The notes beneath the pieces are model-generated. The model searched no databases. It was not told the origin of the DNA and was given only the letters and a program-made list of their open reading frames with translations. Positions 11,499-22,698 of a stretch of DNA of 64,000 nucleotides are shown in pieces. Positions within the stretch are counted from its first letter, which is position 1. Every line of letters starts with the position of its first letter. The position numbers and the translations under genes were made by a program. Source of the stretch: Escherichia coli (GTDB lineage: Bacteria > Pseudomonadota > Gammaproteobacteria > Enterobacterales > Enterobacteriaceae); the NCBI RefSeq assembly GCF_003334385.1, contig NZ_QOWN01000024.1; one strand, 5' to 3'.

Positions 11499-12764
11499 AT
11501 GCTCACGAAAAAGAAATGGGCGTTATTTAGTCTATTAACACTGTGTGGCGGTACAATTTATAAATTACCGTCGCTGAAAGATGCGTTTTATATCCCGATG
11601 CAGGAATATTTCCATTTGACCAATGGTCAAATTGGTAATGCCATGTCGGTAAACTCATTTGTTACCACAGTGGGCTTTTTTCTGTCTATTTATTTTGCCG
11701 ATAAACTACCGCGCAGATACACCATGTCATTCTCACTCATTGCGACAGGATTACTGGGTGTTTATTTGACGACAATGCCGGGGTATTGGGGCATCCTCTT
11801 TGTCTGGGCGCTATTTGGCGTTACTTGCGACATGATGAACTGGCCGGTCTTGCTCAAGTCGGTAAGTCGATTGGGCAATAGCGAACAACAAGGTCGGTTG
11901 TTTGGCTTCTTCGAAACAGGGCGTGGCATTGTCGATACCGTGGTGGCATTTTCTGCGTTGGCAGTATTTACCTGGTTTGGCAGTGGCTTATTAGGTTTTA
12001 AAGCAGGCATCTGGTTCTATTCCCTTATTGTGATTGCCGTAGGCATTATTATTTTCTTTGTCCTGAATGACAAAGAAGAGGCACCGTCCGTTGAGGTGAA
12101 AAAAGAAGATGGGGCATCGCAACACACCAGTATGACCTCGGTGCTGAAAGACAAAACTATCTGGCTTATCGCTTTCAACGTCTTCTTCGTTTACGCGGTT
12201 TACTGTGGCCTGACATTCTTCATTCCATTCCTGAAAAACATCTATCTATTGCCCGTTGCGCTGGTGGGGGCTTACGGCATCATTAACCAATACTGTCTGA
12301 AAATGATTGGTGGACCGATTGGTGGCATGATTTCAGATAAGATCCTGAAATCGCCGAGTAAATATCTATGCTACACCTTTATCATCAGTACCGCTGCGCT
12401 CGTACTGTTGATTATGCTGCCGCACGAAAGTATGCCGGTCTATTTAGGGATGGCATGTACGCTGGGCTTTGGCGCGATAGTCTTTACACAGCGAGCCGTA
12501 TTTTTTGCACCTATCGGCGAAGCAAAAATTGCTGAAAATAAAACAGGCGCGGCGATGGCGTTGGGTAGCTTTATTGGTTACGCCCCGGCGATGTTCTGCT
12601 TCAGTCTGTATGGCTACATTCTGGATTTAAATCCGGGGATTATTGGCTACAAAATCGTGTTTGGCATTATGGCCTGCTTCGCATTCTGTGGTGCGGTGGT
12701 TTCCGTAATGCTGGTTAAGCGTATTAGCCAACGTAAGAAAGAGATGCTGGCGGCTGAAGCTTAA
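11499..12764 (+). CDS. yihN: MFS-type inner membrane transporter
   Basis: 421-aa ORF, multiple hydrophobic segments; conserved position. Confidence 0.85.
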   Translation: MLTKKKWALFSLLTLCGGTIYKLPSLKDAFYIPMQEYFHLTNGQIGNAMSVNSFVTTVGFFLSIYFADKLPRRYTMSFSLIATGLLGVYLTTMPGYWGILFVWALFGVTCDMMNWPVLLKSVSRLGNSEQQGRLFGFFETGRGIVDTVVAFSALAVFTWFGSGLLGFKAGIWFYSLIVIAVGIIIFFVLNDKEEAPSVEVKKEDGASQHTSMTSVLKDKTIWLIAFNVFFVYAVYCGLTFFIPFLKNIYLLPVALVGAYGIINQYCLKMIGGPIGGMISDKILKSPSKYLCYTFIISTAALVLLIMLPHESMPVYLGMACTLGFGAIVFTQRAVFFAPIGEAKIAENKTGAAMALGSFIGYAPAMFCFSLYGYILDLNPGIIGYKIVFGIMACFAFCGAVVSVMLVKRISQRKKEMLAAEA

Positions 12765-12769
12765 TTAAT

Positions 12770-12848
<79 letters not shown>

Positions 12849-12854
12849 TTCACA

Positions 12855-13547
12855 TCAGAAGAAATACTTCGTCCCGATACGAATCTGGTTTTGCTCGCGG
12901 TGGTACGGTTCGACATTACGATCTAACCAGCGTAATTCGAAATAAGGCAGCCAGTGTTCATTAATGCGATAACGGAAGGTGTTAGTGATTTCCCAGTGAT
13001 GATCTTTTCCATTGCTGCTATTAAAGTCATTTACGCGTATAAAATAATGTGGCTCAAATGTATAGGAGAACTTATCGGTGATTTTAAAATTCCAGTAGGT
13101 ACCAATTTCATAGGTGTCATTATTATCCAGTTCCCCGCTCAAATCTGTTGAACTATAGTTATTATGGTTATAGCGATTTCGTACTGTCAGATTAAACCAT
13201 GGTACAAATTTATAGTTGACGTCCAGATACACTGCACCACCCGAACCGATACTCTTATCATTAATTAAGCCACCGGGCTGGATGGTTAATTTATCGGTTG
13301 GTTTAAATAACGGATACCAACCTTCGATTTCGTTATATCCATGTTTTAGTTCATCTTCTCGCTGAAAGGTGTAGGTATTGGTTAACATAATACCCGCGCC
13401 CATATCGAAGTTATAACCCACACGTAGCATAACCTCGCCCTGATCGGAGGCGAGATTATATGCCTCCCTGTTTTCGACGTATGCGCCAGCGAATACTGAG
13501 GCAGAGGTCAGAGAAGATAATAAAATTATTGCATTAATATTTTTCAT
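12855..13547 (-). CDS. ompL: outer membrane porin L
   Basis: ORF 12855..13613 trimmed to ATG 13547 (MKNINAIILLSSLTSASVFA signal peptide), 230 aa; beta-barrel-like alternation, C-terminal F. Confidence 0.85.
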   Translation of the reverse strand: MKNINAIILLSSLTSASVFAGAYVENREAYNLASDQGEVMLRVGYNFDMGAGIMLTNTYTFQREDELKHGYNEIEGWYPLFKPTDKLTIQPGGLINDKSIGSGGAVYLDVNYKFVPWFNLTVRNRYNHNNYSSTDLSGELDNNDTYEIGTYWNFKITDKFSYTFEPHYFIRVNDFNSSNGKDHHWEITNTFRYRINEHWLPYFELRWLDRNVEPYHREQNQIRIGTKYFF

Positions 13548-13613
13548 AATAAGTCCATTTTTAAACGTAGGGAGGCCGCCACCCACCAGGATGGAAATAG
13601 CGGCTATTGACAT

Positions 13614-15017
13614 TTATAACGTTACGGAAGCCGTTTTTTCTTCTGTCTCAATTTCTTTATTTTTGCGTTGGTTGATTTCCTCAATAATCAACGCAAACCG
13701 TTTTTCATTGAGTGTGTAAAAGAATCCCATCGTCAATGCAGCAATAATTGCCAGTGCACAAGGCCAGATAAAAATGAGCTGACGCAAACCCTGTAATGTC
13801 GCATCACTTTGCGCGATGTTGGGAACATAACCGATTTGCGTCAGCATAATGCCTGGCAAGAAGCCAGCAAGTGCGGCAGAAATTTTACGAAAGAAGGTAT
13901 AACCGGTATAAACAGAACCTTCGGCACGAATACCGGTTTTCCATTCACCGTAATCTACGGTATCTGGTACCAGCGCCCAGTTCAGGCTGTTTACAAAGGC
14001 CGTGCCAAAAAAGGCGACACAAGAGAACATGACGAAAGTGAAAGAGTTACTTCCCCAGAAATAATTCAGGATATCACCAACCGCCCATAGCACCATGCCA
14101 GCTAAATAAACCTGTTTTTTACCAAAACATTTTACAGTTAATGGCACCAGTAATACGCCGACGAGGATGCATCCCATACTGAAGAATCCCATCCACGACA
14201 ATAAATTAATATCATTCAGCACATACTGGGTGTAATAGACCTGAATCGCCAGTTTGATATTAAATGCCGCCAGGGTACACAAGTTAGCAATGCATAAAAC
14301 CAGCAATGGCGGATTCCGAAATATCGCGCAAAAAGATTTGAGAATACTGGCTTTATGTCCGGTTGGTGCTGTGTCCACATAATGCTCTTTGACGCCTCTG
14401 TAGCACAGCATCATAAAAATAAAGCCGCCAATGGAGAACATAAGTGCCGCACAGGCATAACCGACGGTTGAGTCAGAAAAAAGCGACTGCAACGGAATAA
14501 ACGCCACGGTACAAATCAATAGCCCTATGGTTGCACCACCCTGGCGGTAAGCCGCGAGCTGCGCGCGCTCATTCGGGTTTTTGGTAATTGCCGGGATCAT
14601 CGCGCCATACGAGCAGTTCATCAGACTGTATGAAAGCCCAAACATCATAAACAGCGCCGTGGCAATCGTCGTTTTAACCGGCAAACTAAAAGTGGTGGCG
14701 ATAAACTGGAGCGTTGCAATTAACGCCGCCGGAACCGCTGCATATAAAATAAAGGGACGAAATTTGCCTTTAGGCCCAATATTTTTCCGCGAGTCGAGTA
14801 AAAATCCGGTGAGCATATCGGTAAACGCGGTAAAAAACTTCGCCACCAGAAAGATAATCCCGCCATAGTAAGCTGGCATCCCTAATTCATCGGTATAAAA
14901 TTTGAGGAGATACAGAGTACCGATGCTAAGCATTAAATTCGAACCAACGTCGCCCATACCATAGGCGATTTTTTCCCACAGATTCAGTTTTAATGTCAGT
15001 GGATTATGGTCAGACAT
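13614..15017 (-). CDS. yihO: GPH-family sulfoquinovose importer
   Basis: ORF 13614..15023; MSDHNPLTLKLNLWEKIAYGMGD; glycoside-pentoside-hexuronide transporter family; paralog of adjacent yihP. Confidence 0.9.
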   Translation of the reverse strand: MSDHNPLTLKLNLWEKIAYGMGDVGSNLMLSIGTLYLLKFYTDELGMPAYYGGIIFLVAKFFTAFTDMLTGFLLDSRKNIGPKGKFRPFILYAAVPAALIATLQFIATTFSLPVKTTIATALFMMFGLSYSLMNCSYGAMIPAITKNPNERAQLAAYRQGGATIGLLICTVAFIPLQSLFSDSTVGYACAALMFSIGGFIFMMLCYRGVKEHYVDTAPTGHKASILKSFCAIFRNPPLLVLCIANLCTLAAFNIKLAIQVYYTQYVLNDINLLSWMGFFSMGCILVGVLLVPLTVKCFGKKQVYLAGMVLWAVGDILNYFWGSNSFTFVMFSCVAFFGTAFVNSLNWALVPDTVDYGEWKTGIRAEGSVYTGYTFFRKISAALAGFLPGIMLTQIGYVPNIAQSDATLQGLRQLIFIWPCALAIIAALTMGFFYTLNEKRFALIIEEINQRKNKEIETEEKTASVTL

Positions 15018-15056
15018 AATCACTCCTTATAACGCCCCGCAGGGCGTCGTTTATTA

Positions 15057-16442
15057 TTACGCCGTGCGTTTACGGGCTTCTATTTCTTCAACAATGCGGA
15101 CATACATCTTCTCGTTCAGGCTGTAGAAGCAGCCCATCGCTACAATGGTGACTACCGCCAGTGCGCTTGGGTAGATGAAGATCAGCTGGCGCAACCCTTC
15201 AATGGTGTGGTCAGCCTGTGCGACGTTCGGCACATAGCCAATTTGCGTCAGCATCCAGCCGGGGAAGAAACCTGCCAGCGCCTGAGAAACTTTGCGAAAG
15301 AAGGTGAAGCCGGTGTAGACCGTCCCTTCAGAACGGACACCGGTGCGCCACTCGCCGTACTCGACGGTGTCAGAAACCAGCGCCCAGTTCAGGCTGTTAA
15401 CAAACGCCGAACCAAAGAACGCCAGGCAGGAGAAAGCCACAAAGTTGACCGAGCCGCCGCCGAAGAAATAGTTGAGCAGATCGCCCAGCACCCAGATCAG
15501 CAGACCGCCAATATAGACCTTCTTCTTACCAAAACGCCTGACTGCACCAGGCATCAGGAACACGCCGATGAAAATACAGCCCATGCTGAAAAATCCCATA
15601 TATGACAACAGGATGGGATCGTTAAGCACGTACTGGGTGTAATAGACCTGAATGGCGAGCTTGACGTTAAACGCCCCTAAGGTACAGAGGTTGGCAATGC
15701 ACAAAATGAACAGTGGGCGGTTACCGGCAATTGCGCGGAAAGATTGCAACAGGCCTGGCTTTTGCGCCGGATTGGTAGGTTGGGTTTCGACATAACGCTC
15801 TTTCACGCCCGAATAGCAGATCCACATAAACAGCAGGCCAAACAGTGAAAACAGCGTGGCGGCGAAGATATAGCCAAGTTGCTGATTACCCTCGATAAGA
15901 TTCATAACCGGCACGAATCCCACCGTGCACAGCAGCAGGCCCAGCGTAGCGCTGCCCTGACGCCATGCTGCCAGCGAGGCGCGTTCGTTGGGGTTTTTGG
16001 TAATGGCGGGAACCATTGCGCCGTAGGAGCAGTTCATCATGCTGAAAAACAGTCCGTAAAGCATAAACAGAATAGTGGCCATCACCGTTTTACCGGTGAC
16101 ATCGAACGGTGTGCCGATAAAGTTAGCGATTGCCAATAAGGTAACCGGGAATGACGCATACAGAATAAAAGGACGGAATTTACCTTTTGGACCGATCTTG
16201 CGTCGGGAATCCAACATGATGCCGGTTCCCATATCGGTAAAGGCGGTAAAGAATTTCGAGATCAAAAAGATAATGCCGCCATAGGTGCCAGGCAGCCCCA
16301 GAACGTCGGTATAAAACTTCAAAAGATAAAGCGTACCAATATCCAGCAGGATGTTAGAGGCCAGATCGCCGATACCGTAAGAGAGTTTCTCTTTAAAGGG
16401 CAGGCGCAAAGTTGCCGGATCTTCCGTTGTGATGTGACTCAT
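15057..16442 (-). CDS. yihP: GPH-family transporter of the sulfoquinovose cluster
   Basis: ORF 15057..16475 trimmed to MSHITTEDPATL; strong similarity to YihO across the core (LYLLKFYTD..GPKGKFRPFILY). Confidence 0.9.
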   Translation of the reverse strand: MSHITTEDPATLRLPFKEKLSYGIGDLASNILLDIGTLYLLKFYTDVLGLPGTYGGIIFLISKFFTAFTDMGTGIMLDSRRKIGPKGKFRPFILYASFPVTLLAIANFIGTPFDVTGKTVMATILFMLYGLFFSMMNCSYGAMVPAITKNPNERASLAAWRQGSATLGLLLCTVGFVPVMNLIEGNQQLGYIFAATLFSLFGLLFMWICYSGVKERYVETQPTNPAQKPGLLQSFRAIAGNRPLFILCIANLCTLGAFNVKLAIQVYYTQYVLNDPILLSYMGFFSMGCIFIGVFLMPGAVRRFGKKKVYIGGLLIWVLGDLLNYFFGGGSVNFVAFSCLAFFGSAFVNSLNWALVSDTVEYGEWRTGVRSEGTVYTGFTFFRKVSQALAGFFPGWMLTQIGYVPNVAQADHTIEGLRQLIFIYPSALAVVTIVAMGCFYSLNEKMYVRIVEEIEARKRTA

Positions 16443-16487
16443 CGTTATTCTCCATTTGCCCGTGAGTTTCCCCACGGGCGGGCATGA

Positions 16488-18524
16488 TTAGATGTTTTTT
16501 AACGAGGCGAACAGTGCAGCCCATTCGCTGTCGGCGCGATAAAAGACCGGCGGCTTGCCGATGGGCGCTTCAACAGTTATTTCTCCACCGTGGAAGGTTT
16601 CTCCGGTCCAGGCGTGGACCCAGTTATCCTCTGGCAGATAGAGCGTCCAGTCGCTGCGACCTTCTTCGTGTACCGGAGCAACCAGAATGTCGCGACCTAA
16701 CAGGTACTGATATTTCAGGGAATAGGTCTGCGCGTCGTCTTCGTAATGCAGGAACAGCGGGCGCATAACCGGCAGGCCGGACTTCGCATTCAGCGCGACG
16801 GCCTCTTTCAGGTAAGGTTTCAGGGTGGTGAAGACGGTGGTCATACGGGCGAAATGGGCGATGGTTTCCGCGTCGCCGTCAAACTGCCAGTTGTCGCCAG
16901 GACGGTTACCTTCGTGGGTGCGCATCATCGGCGTGAAGGCGCTGAAATCGCACCAGCGCAGCAGCAGCTCTTTGCTGCGCTTCATCTCAAACAGGGTGGT
17001 ATAACCGCCAATGTCGCTGTGATGCAGGCCATGTCCGGTCATTGCCAGAGATAGCGCCGCCGGGACAACCGACGCCAGGCCATCGTCCAGACTCCAGTCC
17101 ACGTTCTGGTCACCCGCCCACATCATGGTGGAGTATTTCTGGCTACCGGTAGAACCGGCGCGCATAAAGAAGAGGATCTCGCCGAGCTTGCCCGTTTCTT
17201 CAAGGGCTTCGTAGTTACATTTCGCCCACAGCGCGGGCCAGGCGTTATGCATAATTTCCGCGCTGATGCCGTTATGCAGGTACGTGTCGGTGGGCAGATA
17301 CTCGCCGAAGTCAGCCATCCAGCCGCCGCAGCCGAGTTCAATCATGTTCTTTTTGATAACTTCCTTGAACCAGGCGTAGGCTTCCGGATTGGTGAGATCG
17401 ACAACGCCGCCGTAGAACTCGCCAAACTCCACCAGATAGTCGCCACCGGCGACATCTTTTGCCAGATAACCGCGCTTTGCCGCCTCTTCGCAGAGATCTT
17501 TATCACTGGCAACATACGGGTTGATATAGGCAAGGAACTGCACGCCCTCTTTGTTCCACTGCTTGATACGCGAATCCAGTTGCGGGTAGTTTTCGCTGTT
17601 CCACTTCCAGTTCCACATCACGCGTTTGCCAAAAGAGGTCATACGAATACCGGACCAGTCCTGCGCCCAGATGCCGTTGACCTTCACGCCCGCGTTACGC
17701 ATGGTGTCCAGTTTCTTCTGGCACACTTCCGTCCCGCCCTGAATGCCGAGCGTTACTCCGTCATAAATCCAGTCGGGCAGTTCTGGCTGGCGTCCCAGCA
17801 GGGCGGTTAATTTTTCCAGCAGGGAGATGTATGTGTCAGCACATTCAAAACGCAGCGTTGCTTTGTCTTCCCACAGCGCCAGTTCATGGTATTCCGGGGC
17901 ACTAAAGTCGAAGTTCATATAGCAACTGTTATCAACATGGCAGTAATACTTCTGCGTGCTGACAAACGTAGGCTGTGGGAAGAAAGTCCAGTAATAGTCG
18001 CCGCCCGCATTTTCTTTGCAGTCGGCCTGCCAGGTGACATAGGTTTGTTTATTGCGACCAACGCCTTGTTCACTGGTCCATAGCGGGAACGGTTTGCCAC
18101 GCAGATCGAAGTAGGAAAACTGTTCGCCGCAGCCGTAGATATGGTCCTCTGGTTGAGCGGCAAGGCGCAGCCAGATACGGTTGTGGTTAAGGTTGTCGTT
18201 TTGTAGTTCCAGCAATAAACGGCCCTGATCGTCGGCAGAGATATTCAGCGTGGCGCTAATGTCAGAACCACGGCTGAAATGGATTAACCAACCATCCGGC
18301 GACTGGCTGACGATGGCGTCGGTAAGCGCAATTTTCTCCTGTAGTTTATCTTTAATGCTGAAATTGCCGCGGAACATATCGATATCCGCAATACCTGAAC
18401 CAATCCATAAACAAGGATTATCTTTGCTATGGGTTAAAATAAGACGCTGTTGAAAATGTAGGGTAAAACTGTCGTTATTCTGATGAAACTGAAAATCTGG
18501 TAATTGTGGGCGTGGCGTATCCAT
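16488..18524 (-). CDS. yihQ: sulfoquinovosidase (GH31 family)
   Basis: 678-aa ORF MDTPRPQLPDFQFHQNNDSF; GH31-like motifs (WMADFGE, HNAWP). Confidence 0.92.
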   Translation of the reverse strand: MDTPRPQLPDFQFHQNNDSFTLHFQQRLILTHSKDNPCLWIGSGIADIDMFRGNFSIKDKLQEKIALTDAIVSQSPDGWLIHFSRGSDISATLNISADDQGRLLLELQNDNLNHNRIWLRLAAQPEDHIYGCGEQFSYFDLRGKPFPLWTSEQGVGRNKQTYVTWQADCKENAGGDYYWTFFPQPTFVSTQKYYCHVDNSCYMNFDFSAPEYHELALWEDKATLRFECADTYISLLEKLTALLGRQPELPDWIYDGVTLGIQGGTEVCQKKLDTMRNAGVKVNGIWAQDWSGIRMTSFGKRVMWNWKWNSENYPQLDSRIKQWNKEGVQFLAYINPYVASDKDLCEEAAKRGYLAKDVAGGDYLVEFGEFYGGVVDLTNPEAYAWFKEVIKKNMIELGCGGWMADFGEYLPTDTYLHNGISAEIMHNAWPALWAKCNYEALEETGKLGEILFFMRAGSTGSQKYSTMMWAGDQNVDWSLDDGLASVVPAALSLAMTGHGLHHSDIGGYTTLFEMKRSKELLLRWCDFSAFTPMMRTHEGNRPGDNWQFDGDAETIAHFARMTTVFTTLKPYLKEAVALNAKSGLPVMRPLFLHYEDDAQTYSLKYQYLLGRDILVAPVHEEGRSDWTLYLPEDNWVHAWTGETFHGGEITVEAPIGKPPVFYRADSEWAALFASLKNI

Positions 18525-18632
18525 AAATAATCTCCATAGAGTATAAAGCTAATATTTCATGCCATCCTGTTGTTACAGGTTTCATTAATTAAAGAATGTG
18601 GTGCTGGTATAAATTAAAACCCGCATAAGTGA

Positions 18633-19508
18633 TTATTTACTTTCTTCAGCCCGGCGGATTGCCGCCACTTTTTTACCAAATGCCAGTTGCAGTATAACTA
18701 ACAAGGTAAAAGGAGGCAGAAGCGCGGCAGCAGCGGGAATTCCCAGCGCGCCTTTTATCAACATAGAACCGGAGGCAATCAGCAACAAAAAGACCATCAC
18801 ACGGAACACTTTGACTGAAATGCGTTTATGCACATATTGTCCAACCAGTGAACCGAGGATCATGGTGGGAATACAAAACAGCACCAGTTTAAAGATAGAA
18901 ACAGTCAAAATTCCGCTGGTCGCCAGCCCGCCGATCACCGCGATGTTGTTTGCGGTGAAGAAAGCGTTCAGAGTGCCACGAAATGCCGCCGGGCCTAAGT
19001 TACGCAGCATACCGTAGATAACCATCGGCGGTCCGTTGGTTGAAAACGCTGCCCCTAACGCTCCTGCCACAGCGCCGATAGGTGCGGCGATCCAGTTGCG
19101 GTCATAAATCGGCAGGCGTGGAATAAACATACTGTAAAAGGAGTACAGGATAAGGAATCCGCCTAAGCCCACTTTCATAAAATGGTCGGGTAAATATGAC
19201 AGCGCATATAAACCGACGGGTATTCCCAGAAACGAGAAAATAATCAGTACCATTGCCGATCGCCAATCCGTTTCTTTACGTGACAGCCAGGTGGCGTACA
19301 AGGCGGTCGCGGTGCCGACAATCACCGAGAGCGGAGTTGCCATTTTTACGGGGAGCATTAACGTGACGAGCGGCATGGTGGTTAAACCACCGCCAAATCC
19401 CGCGCATATCCCCACAAAGGTATAAAGAAACATTAACGCGATAACGATACATACCACGTTTGTTTCCAGCATGACCCCATCCGGTGAAAATAACGTAAAA
19501 AAGTCCAT
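18633..19508 (-). CDS. TSUP (TauE/SafE, DUF81) family membrane permease; candidate sulfonate/sulfite exporter
   Basis: 291-aa hydrophobic ORF with duplicated glycine-rich TSUP motifs (AGFGGGLTTMP; GAVAGALGAAFSTNGPPM); SD AGGAA 6 nt before ATG; co-oriented and tightly spaced between yihQ and yihR. Confidence 0.8.
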   Translation of the reverse strand: MDFFTLFSPDGVMLETNVVCIVIALMFLYTFVGICAGFGGGLTTMPLVTLMLPVKMATPLSVIVGTATALYATWLSRKETDWRSAMVLIIFSFLGIPVGLYALSYLPDHFMKVGLGGFLILYSFYSMFIPRLPIYDRNWIAAPIGAVAGALGAAFSTNGPPMVIYGMLRNLGPAAFRGTLNAFFTANNIAVIGGLATSGILTVSIFKLVLFCIPTMILGSLVGQYVHKRISVKVFRVMVFLLLIASGSMLIKGALGIPAAAALLPPFTLLVILQLAFGKKVAAIRRAEESK

Positions 19509-19568
19509 GATATTTCCTGTTGTGTAAATACAACCCTAAACAATGATCTCGTTCTTTTCTTAATAAAA

Positions 19569-20471
19569 TTAATTGTGCTGCCCGTAAATATTAAAAAACA
19601 GGCGGTGCGTTTTCCCTGGTTCCAGTAATAATAAGTCGAGACCTGAATTAAAGGCGTTAGGTGGGCAACTCATAGGTTCAACTGCCAGTCCCTGACGCTG
19701 TAATTTTTCGCCGCTATAAATCTGCACCCAGGGTTGATCGGAACAAAGGCTTACCGAAAGCGCCTGTTGTGGATGGGTAATGGTTATTTCCCACAGATCA
19801 TTAGCGGTTTTAAAGGTGTGGTCGATTTTTGTCGCGGCTATTTTTTTCGCCTGCGTGAAATTTAAATCCAGCTCATCAACGTGGTGAAGCGTTGTCGGAT
19901 TAGCGTGCTCATCGACGGCATAAACCTGGTTTGCCGGAAGCTGGAACAGATATTCATCAACAGATGTTAAGTTGCAGGTTAAATAAGGATGAATACCCAC
20001 ACCATAGGGTGCGGTCACAGTACCAATATTCTGACTTGCGATCTCAACGGAAAGACCCGTGCGTGCATTGAGCGAATAAACAACCTGCGAAGCCAGCATA
20101 AACGGATAGCCGTAACTGGGTGGCAGAAAAGCTGTCAGGGTAACGCTGGTGGCGGTTAATTCGCTGATTTGCCAGTCACGCCAGGCGAGCAGCCCATGAA
20201 TAGCGGCTTTTGAACCATGTTCATTAATGGGTAACTGATATTCCTGCCCCTGATAGCGATAACAGCCGTTGGCGATCCGGTTCGGCCACGGAATAAGGAC
20301 TTTGCCCAGATGTGCCAGCGGCATCTCTTCGGGTTTATGTGGAATAACTAAATGACAGCCCTGAAAGGTTAATTCAGCCAGACCTGCACCGACGGTCACA
20401 ATGGTCGCGTGATAATCCCCCGCGGCAAGTGAAACGGTCTGTCCACTGCAATGCATGTTGGTGATTTGCAT
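19569..20471 (-). CDS. yihR: aldose 1-epimerase-family mutarotase (sulfoquinovose mutarotase)
   Basis: 300-aa ORF MQITNMHCSGQTVSLAAGDYHATIVTVGAGLAELTF; aldose-epimerase fold signatures. Confidence 0.88.
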   Translation of the reverse strand: MQITNMHCSGQTVSLAAGDYHATIVTVGAGLAELTFQGCHLVIPHKPEEMPLAHLGKVLIPWPNRIANGCYRYQGQEYQLPINEHGSKAAIHGLLAWRDWQISELTATSVTLTAFLPPSYGYPFMLASQVVYSLNARTGLSVEIASQNIGTVTAPYGVGIHPYLTCNLTSVDEYLFQLPANQVYAVDEHANPTTLHHVDELDLNFTQAKKIAATKIDHTFKTANDLWEITITHPQQALSVSLCSDQPWVQIYSGEKLQRQGLAVEPMSCPPNAFNSGLDLLLLEPGKTHRLFFNIYGQHN

Positions 20472-20539
20472 ACGAGGTACCTTTATTGAATAACGACATA
20501 CCCGGCGTGCAGCCTGATATGTCGTTTTTTTTTAGTCAG

Positions 20540-21781
20540 CTATTTCGCGTTAATATCCAGCAGACCCGCCGCAACTGCCGGAGCCAGGCCTGGCGCTAAC
20601 GGGATACGCGGGATCACCAGGCAATGCAGCAGGTGATAAATATCCTGTTTACCGTCCCAGACTTTCGTGGTGACTTTATTGTCCGCATCCAGCTCCTGCC
20701 ACCAGGAACCATTTTCATAGTCCATCAGGTACTTAATGCAGTAGTCCCACCATGTCTGATACCAGGTTTCATACTGGCGATCGCCGGTGACGGTGTAGAG
20801 CGCGTAGGCCGTACCCATCGCTTCGACGATAGGCCAACGCACACGTTCGCGGACCACCGGTTTTCCTTCCCAGTCAACGGTATAAACAATCCCGTCCGCA
20901 CCATCGGGTGCCCAGGCATCACGCACGGTGGCGTTAAACAGACCTTTGGCATCTTCTAGCAGCCATGCTGGCGGTTGTTCGCAACGGGCTTCCAGGGCCG
21001 CGTGGATGTGCAGCATTAAACGGCCCCATTCGATCCAGTGGCCTGGTGTACCTCCGAACGCGCGGAAGCGGTGCGCCGGGTTATCTTTGTTGTAATCCGG
21101 CAGCGGATTCCACTGGGTATCGAAGTGTTCGTTAACGCGATAATGATTATTTCTTGCGACGTCGTGGATAATCACGGAAGCCACGCGAATCGCGCGATCC
21201 AGCCATTTTTTGTCATGCGTTACGTCATAAACAATTAAGAAAGCTTCCACTGCGTGCATATTGGCATTGCCGCCGCGGTACTCTTCGGTTTTGCTGAAGG
21301 CTTCGTCCCAGGACTCCAGGCACATCTGCTCTTCTTCGCTCCAGAAGTATTTCTCGATAATTTCAATGGTGTAATCGAGCAGCTTGCGCGCTTCCGGATG
21401 ACCGGTAGTGACGGCGCTGGCAGCACCCAGCAGAGCAAAGAAATGTTGATAGCCCTGTTTGGAGGCATCCACCACGCCCTCGTCATTCACACAGGCATAC
21501 CAGCCGCCATATTTTTTATCGCGCAGTGCGCCGTTCATGGCTTTAATACCGTGATCAACCAACGAGTAAGCGCCAGGTCGACCCATCGCCGCAGCAACGG
21601 AATAAACGTGCAACATCCGAGCTGTGATCCACAGATGGGTGCCCATCTCTTCTTTGATTTGCCCTTTATTGCCTAACCAGCCAAATCCAGTCGGTACTAC
21701 GGAATTTTTACCAAAATCAAAGATGCGATCGGTTTCCTGTTCCAGCCAACGGTTGTGACTTAAAGTGTTAAACCATTTCAT
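20540..21781 (-). CDS. yihS: sulfoquinovose isomerase (AGE-family)
   Basis: 413-aa [28 protein letters not shown]-acyl-glucosamine 2-epimerase-like. Confidence 0.92.
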   Translation of the reverse strand: MKWFNTLSHNRWLEQETDRIFDFGKNSVVPTGFGWLGNKGQIKEEMGTHLWITARMLHVYSVAAAMGRPGAYSLVDHGIKAMNGALRDKKYGGWYACVNDEGVVDASKQGYQHFFALLGAASAVTTGHPEARKLLDYTIEIIEKYFWSEEEQMCLESWDEAFSKTEEYRGGNANMHAVEAFLIVYDVTHDKKWLDRAIRVASVIIHDVARNNHYRVNEHFDTQWNPLPDYNKDNPAHRFRAFGGTPGHWIEWGRLMLHIHAALEARCEQPPAWLLEDAKGLFNATVRDAWAPDGADGIVYTVDWEGKPVVRERVRWPIVEAMGTAYALYTVTGDRQYETWYQTWWDYCIKYLMDYENGSWWQELDADNKVTTKVWDGKQDIYHLLHCLVIPRIPLAPGLAPAVAAGLLDINAK

Positions 21782-21796
21782 TTTTGTATCCCCATC

Positions 21797-22675
21797 TTAA
21801 CGGCGTTTAGCCATCATTTCGTCGACGATATCGCCCAGTTGTTGTAATTTCGGTGCACAAACGTCACGCAGCATCAGCTCGTTGTCTGGTAAACCGACGA
21901 CCGATGCCCAGACGGCACGACCAGCCAGGAAGCCCGATGCACCCGCTGTCATTGCCACGCGTACGGCACGCGGGAACAGTTTTTCGTCGACACCGGAAGA
22001 GAGGATCACCCACGGCATATTGATATGGTCATTCAGACGTTGTGAAGCACTGAGAAGCTCTTGTTGCGGACCTTTACCGTAAAGCGGCATTTCAACTTTG
22101 TAGAGGTCAGCGCCACTGTCGCCCAGCTCTTTGGCAGCATCGATGATCGCTTGTTCGCGATCGAATTTATCGCCACGACGTGGTGGGCGGACGACTGGCT
22201 CAATAATGCTTACCAGGCCGTGTGAGTGGCACAGTTCGTTAAACTCTTTCACCATATCCAGGCGTTGCTGCGCATCTTCATCACTACGCCACAGCACCAG
22301 CAGTTTTAAGGCTTTGCCACCGTCTTGTTTGATCTGTAGCGGATTGATTTTGCGGTCAATGACCACGCTATCTACCGGAATACCGTTGCCAGGAATGAAC
22401 TCATCGGCGGCGACAATCATGGCGCAACTTTTGGCAATCGCGTTTTGCTCAACCACCTGGCGGTAACAGAATTGTTGATCTACCAGAATCGCCGAGGCAT
22501 AAGGCGAGAGGGTCTTCGCCGCGTTAACTTTGAAATCAGTTAAAACGCTATCGGCTACCGGAGCGGGTGCCCCAGCCGCGGCAAACATCATGCGCATGGC
22601 TTCGCGCTGATCGACCGCCAGCATGGCAAAACCGCCCGATGCGCGCGTAATGTCGTTGATGGTGTACTTATTCAT
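21797..22675 (-). CDS. yihT: 6-deoxy-6-sulfofructose-1-phosphate aldolase
   Basis: 292-aa [31 protein letters not shown]; class I aldolase-like. Confidence 0.92.
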   Translation of the reverse strand: MNKYTINDITRASGGFAMLAVDQREAMRMMFAAAGAPAPVADSVLTDFKVNAAKTLSPYASAILVDQQFCYRQVVEQNAIAKSCAMIVAADEFIPGNGIPVDSVVIDRKINPLQIKQDGGKALKLLVLWRSDEDAQQRLDMVKEFNELCHSHGLVSIIEPVVRPPRRGDKFDREQAIIDAAKELGDSGADLYKVEMPLYGKGPQQELLSASQRLNDHINMPWVILSSGVDEKLFPRAVRVAMTAGASGFLAGRAVWASVVGLPDNELMLRDVCAPKLQQLGDIVDEMMAKRR

Positions 22676-22698
22676 TCATTTATTCCTTTATCCAGTCG

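Noticed and set aside
13614-16442. yihO/yihP read as a possible recent duplication or assembly artefact
   Set aside because: The two GPH transporters are clearly paralogous but diverged throughout, not near-identical, consistent with the known tandem paralog pair in this locus.
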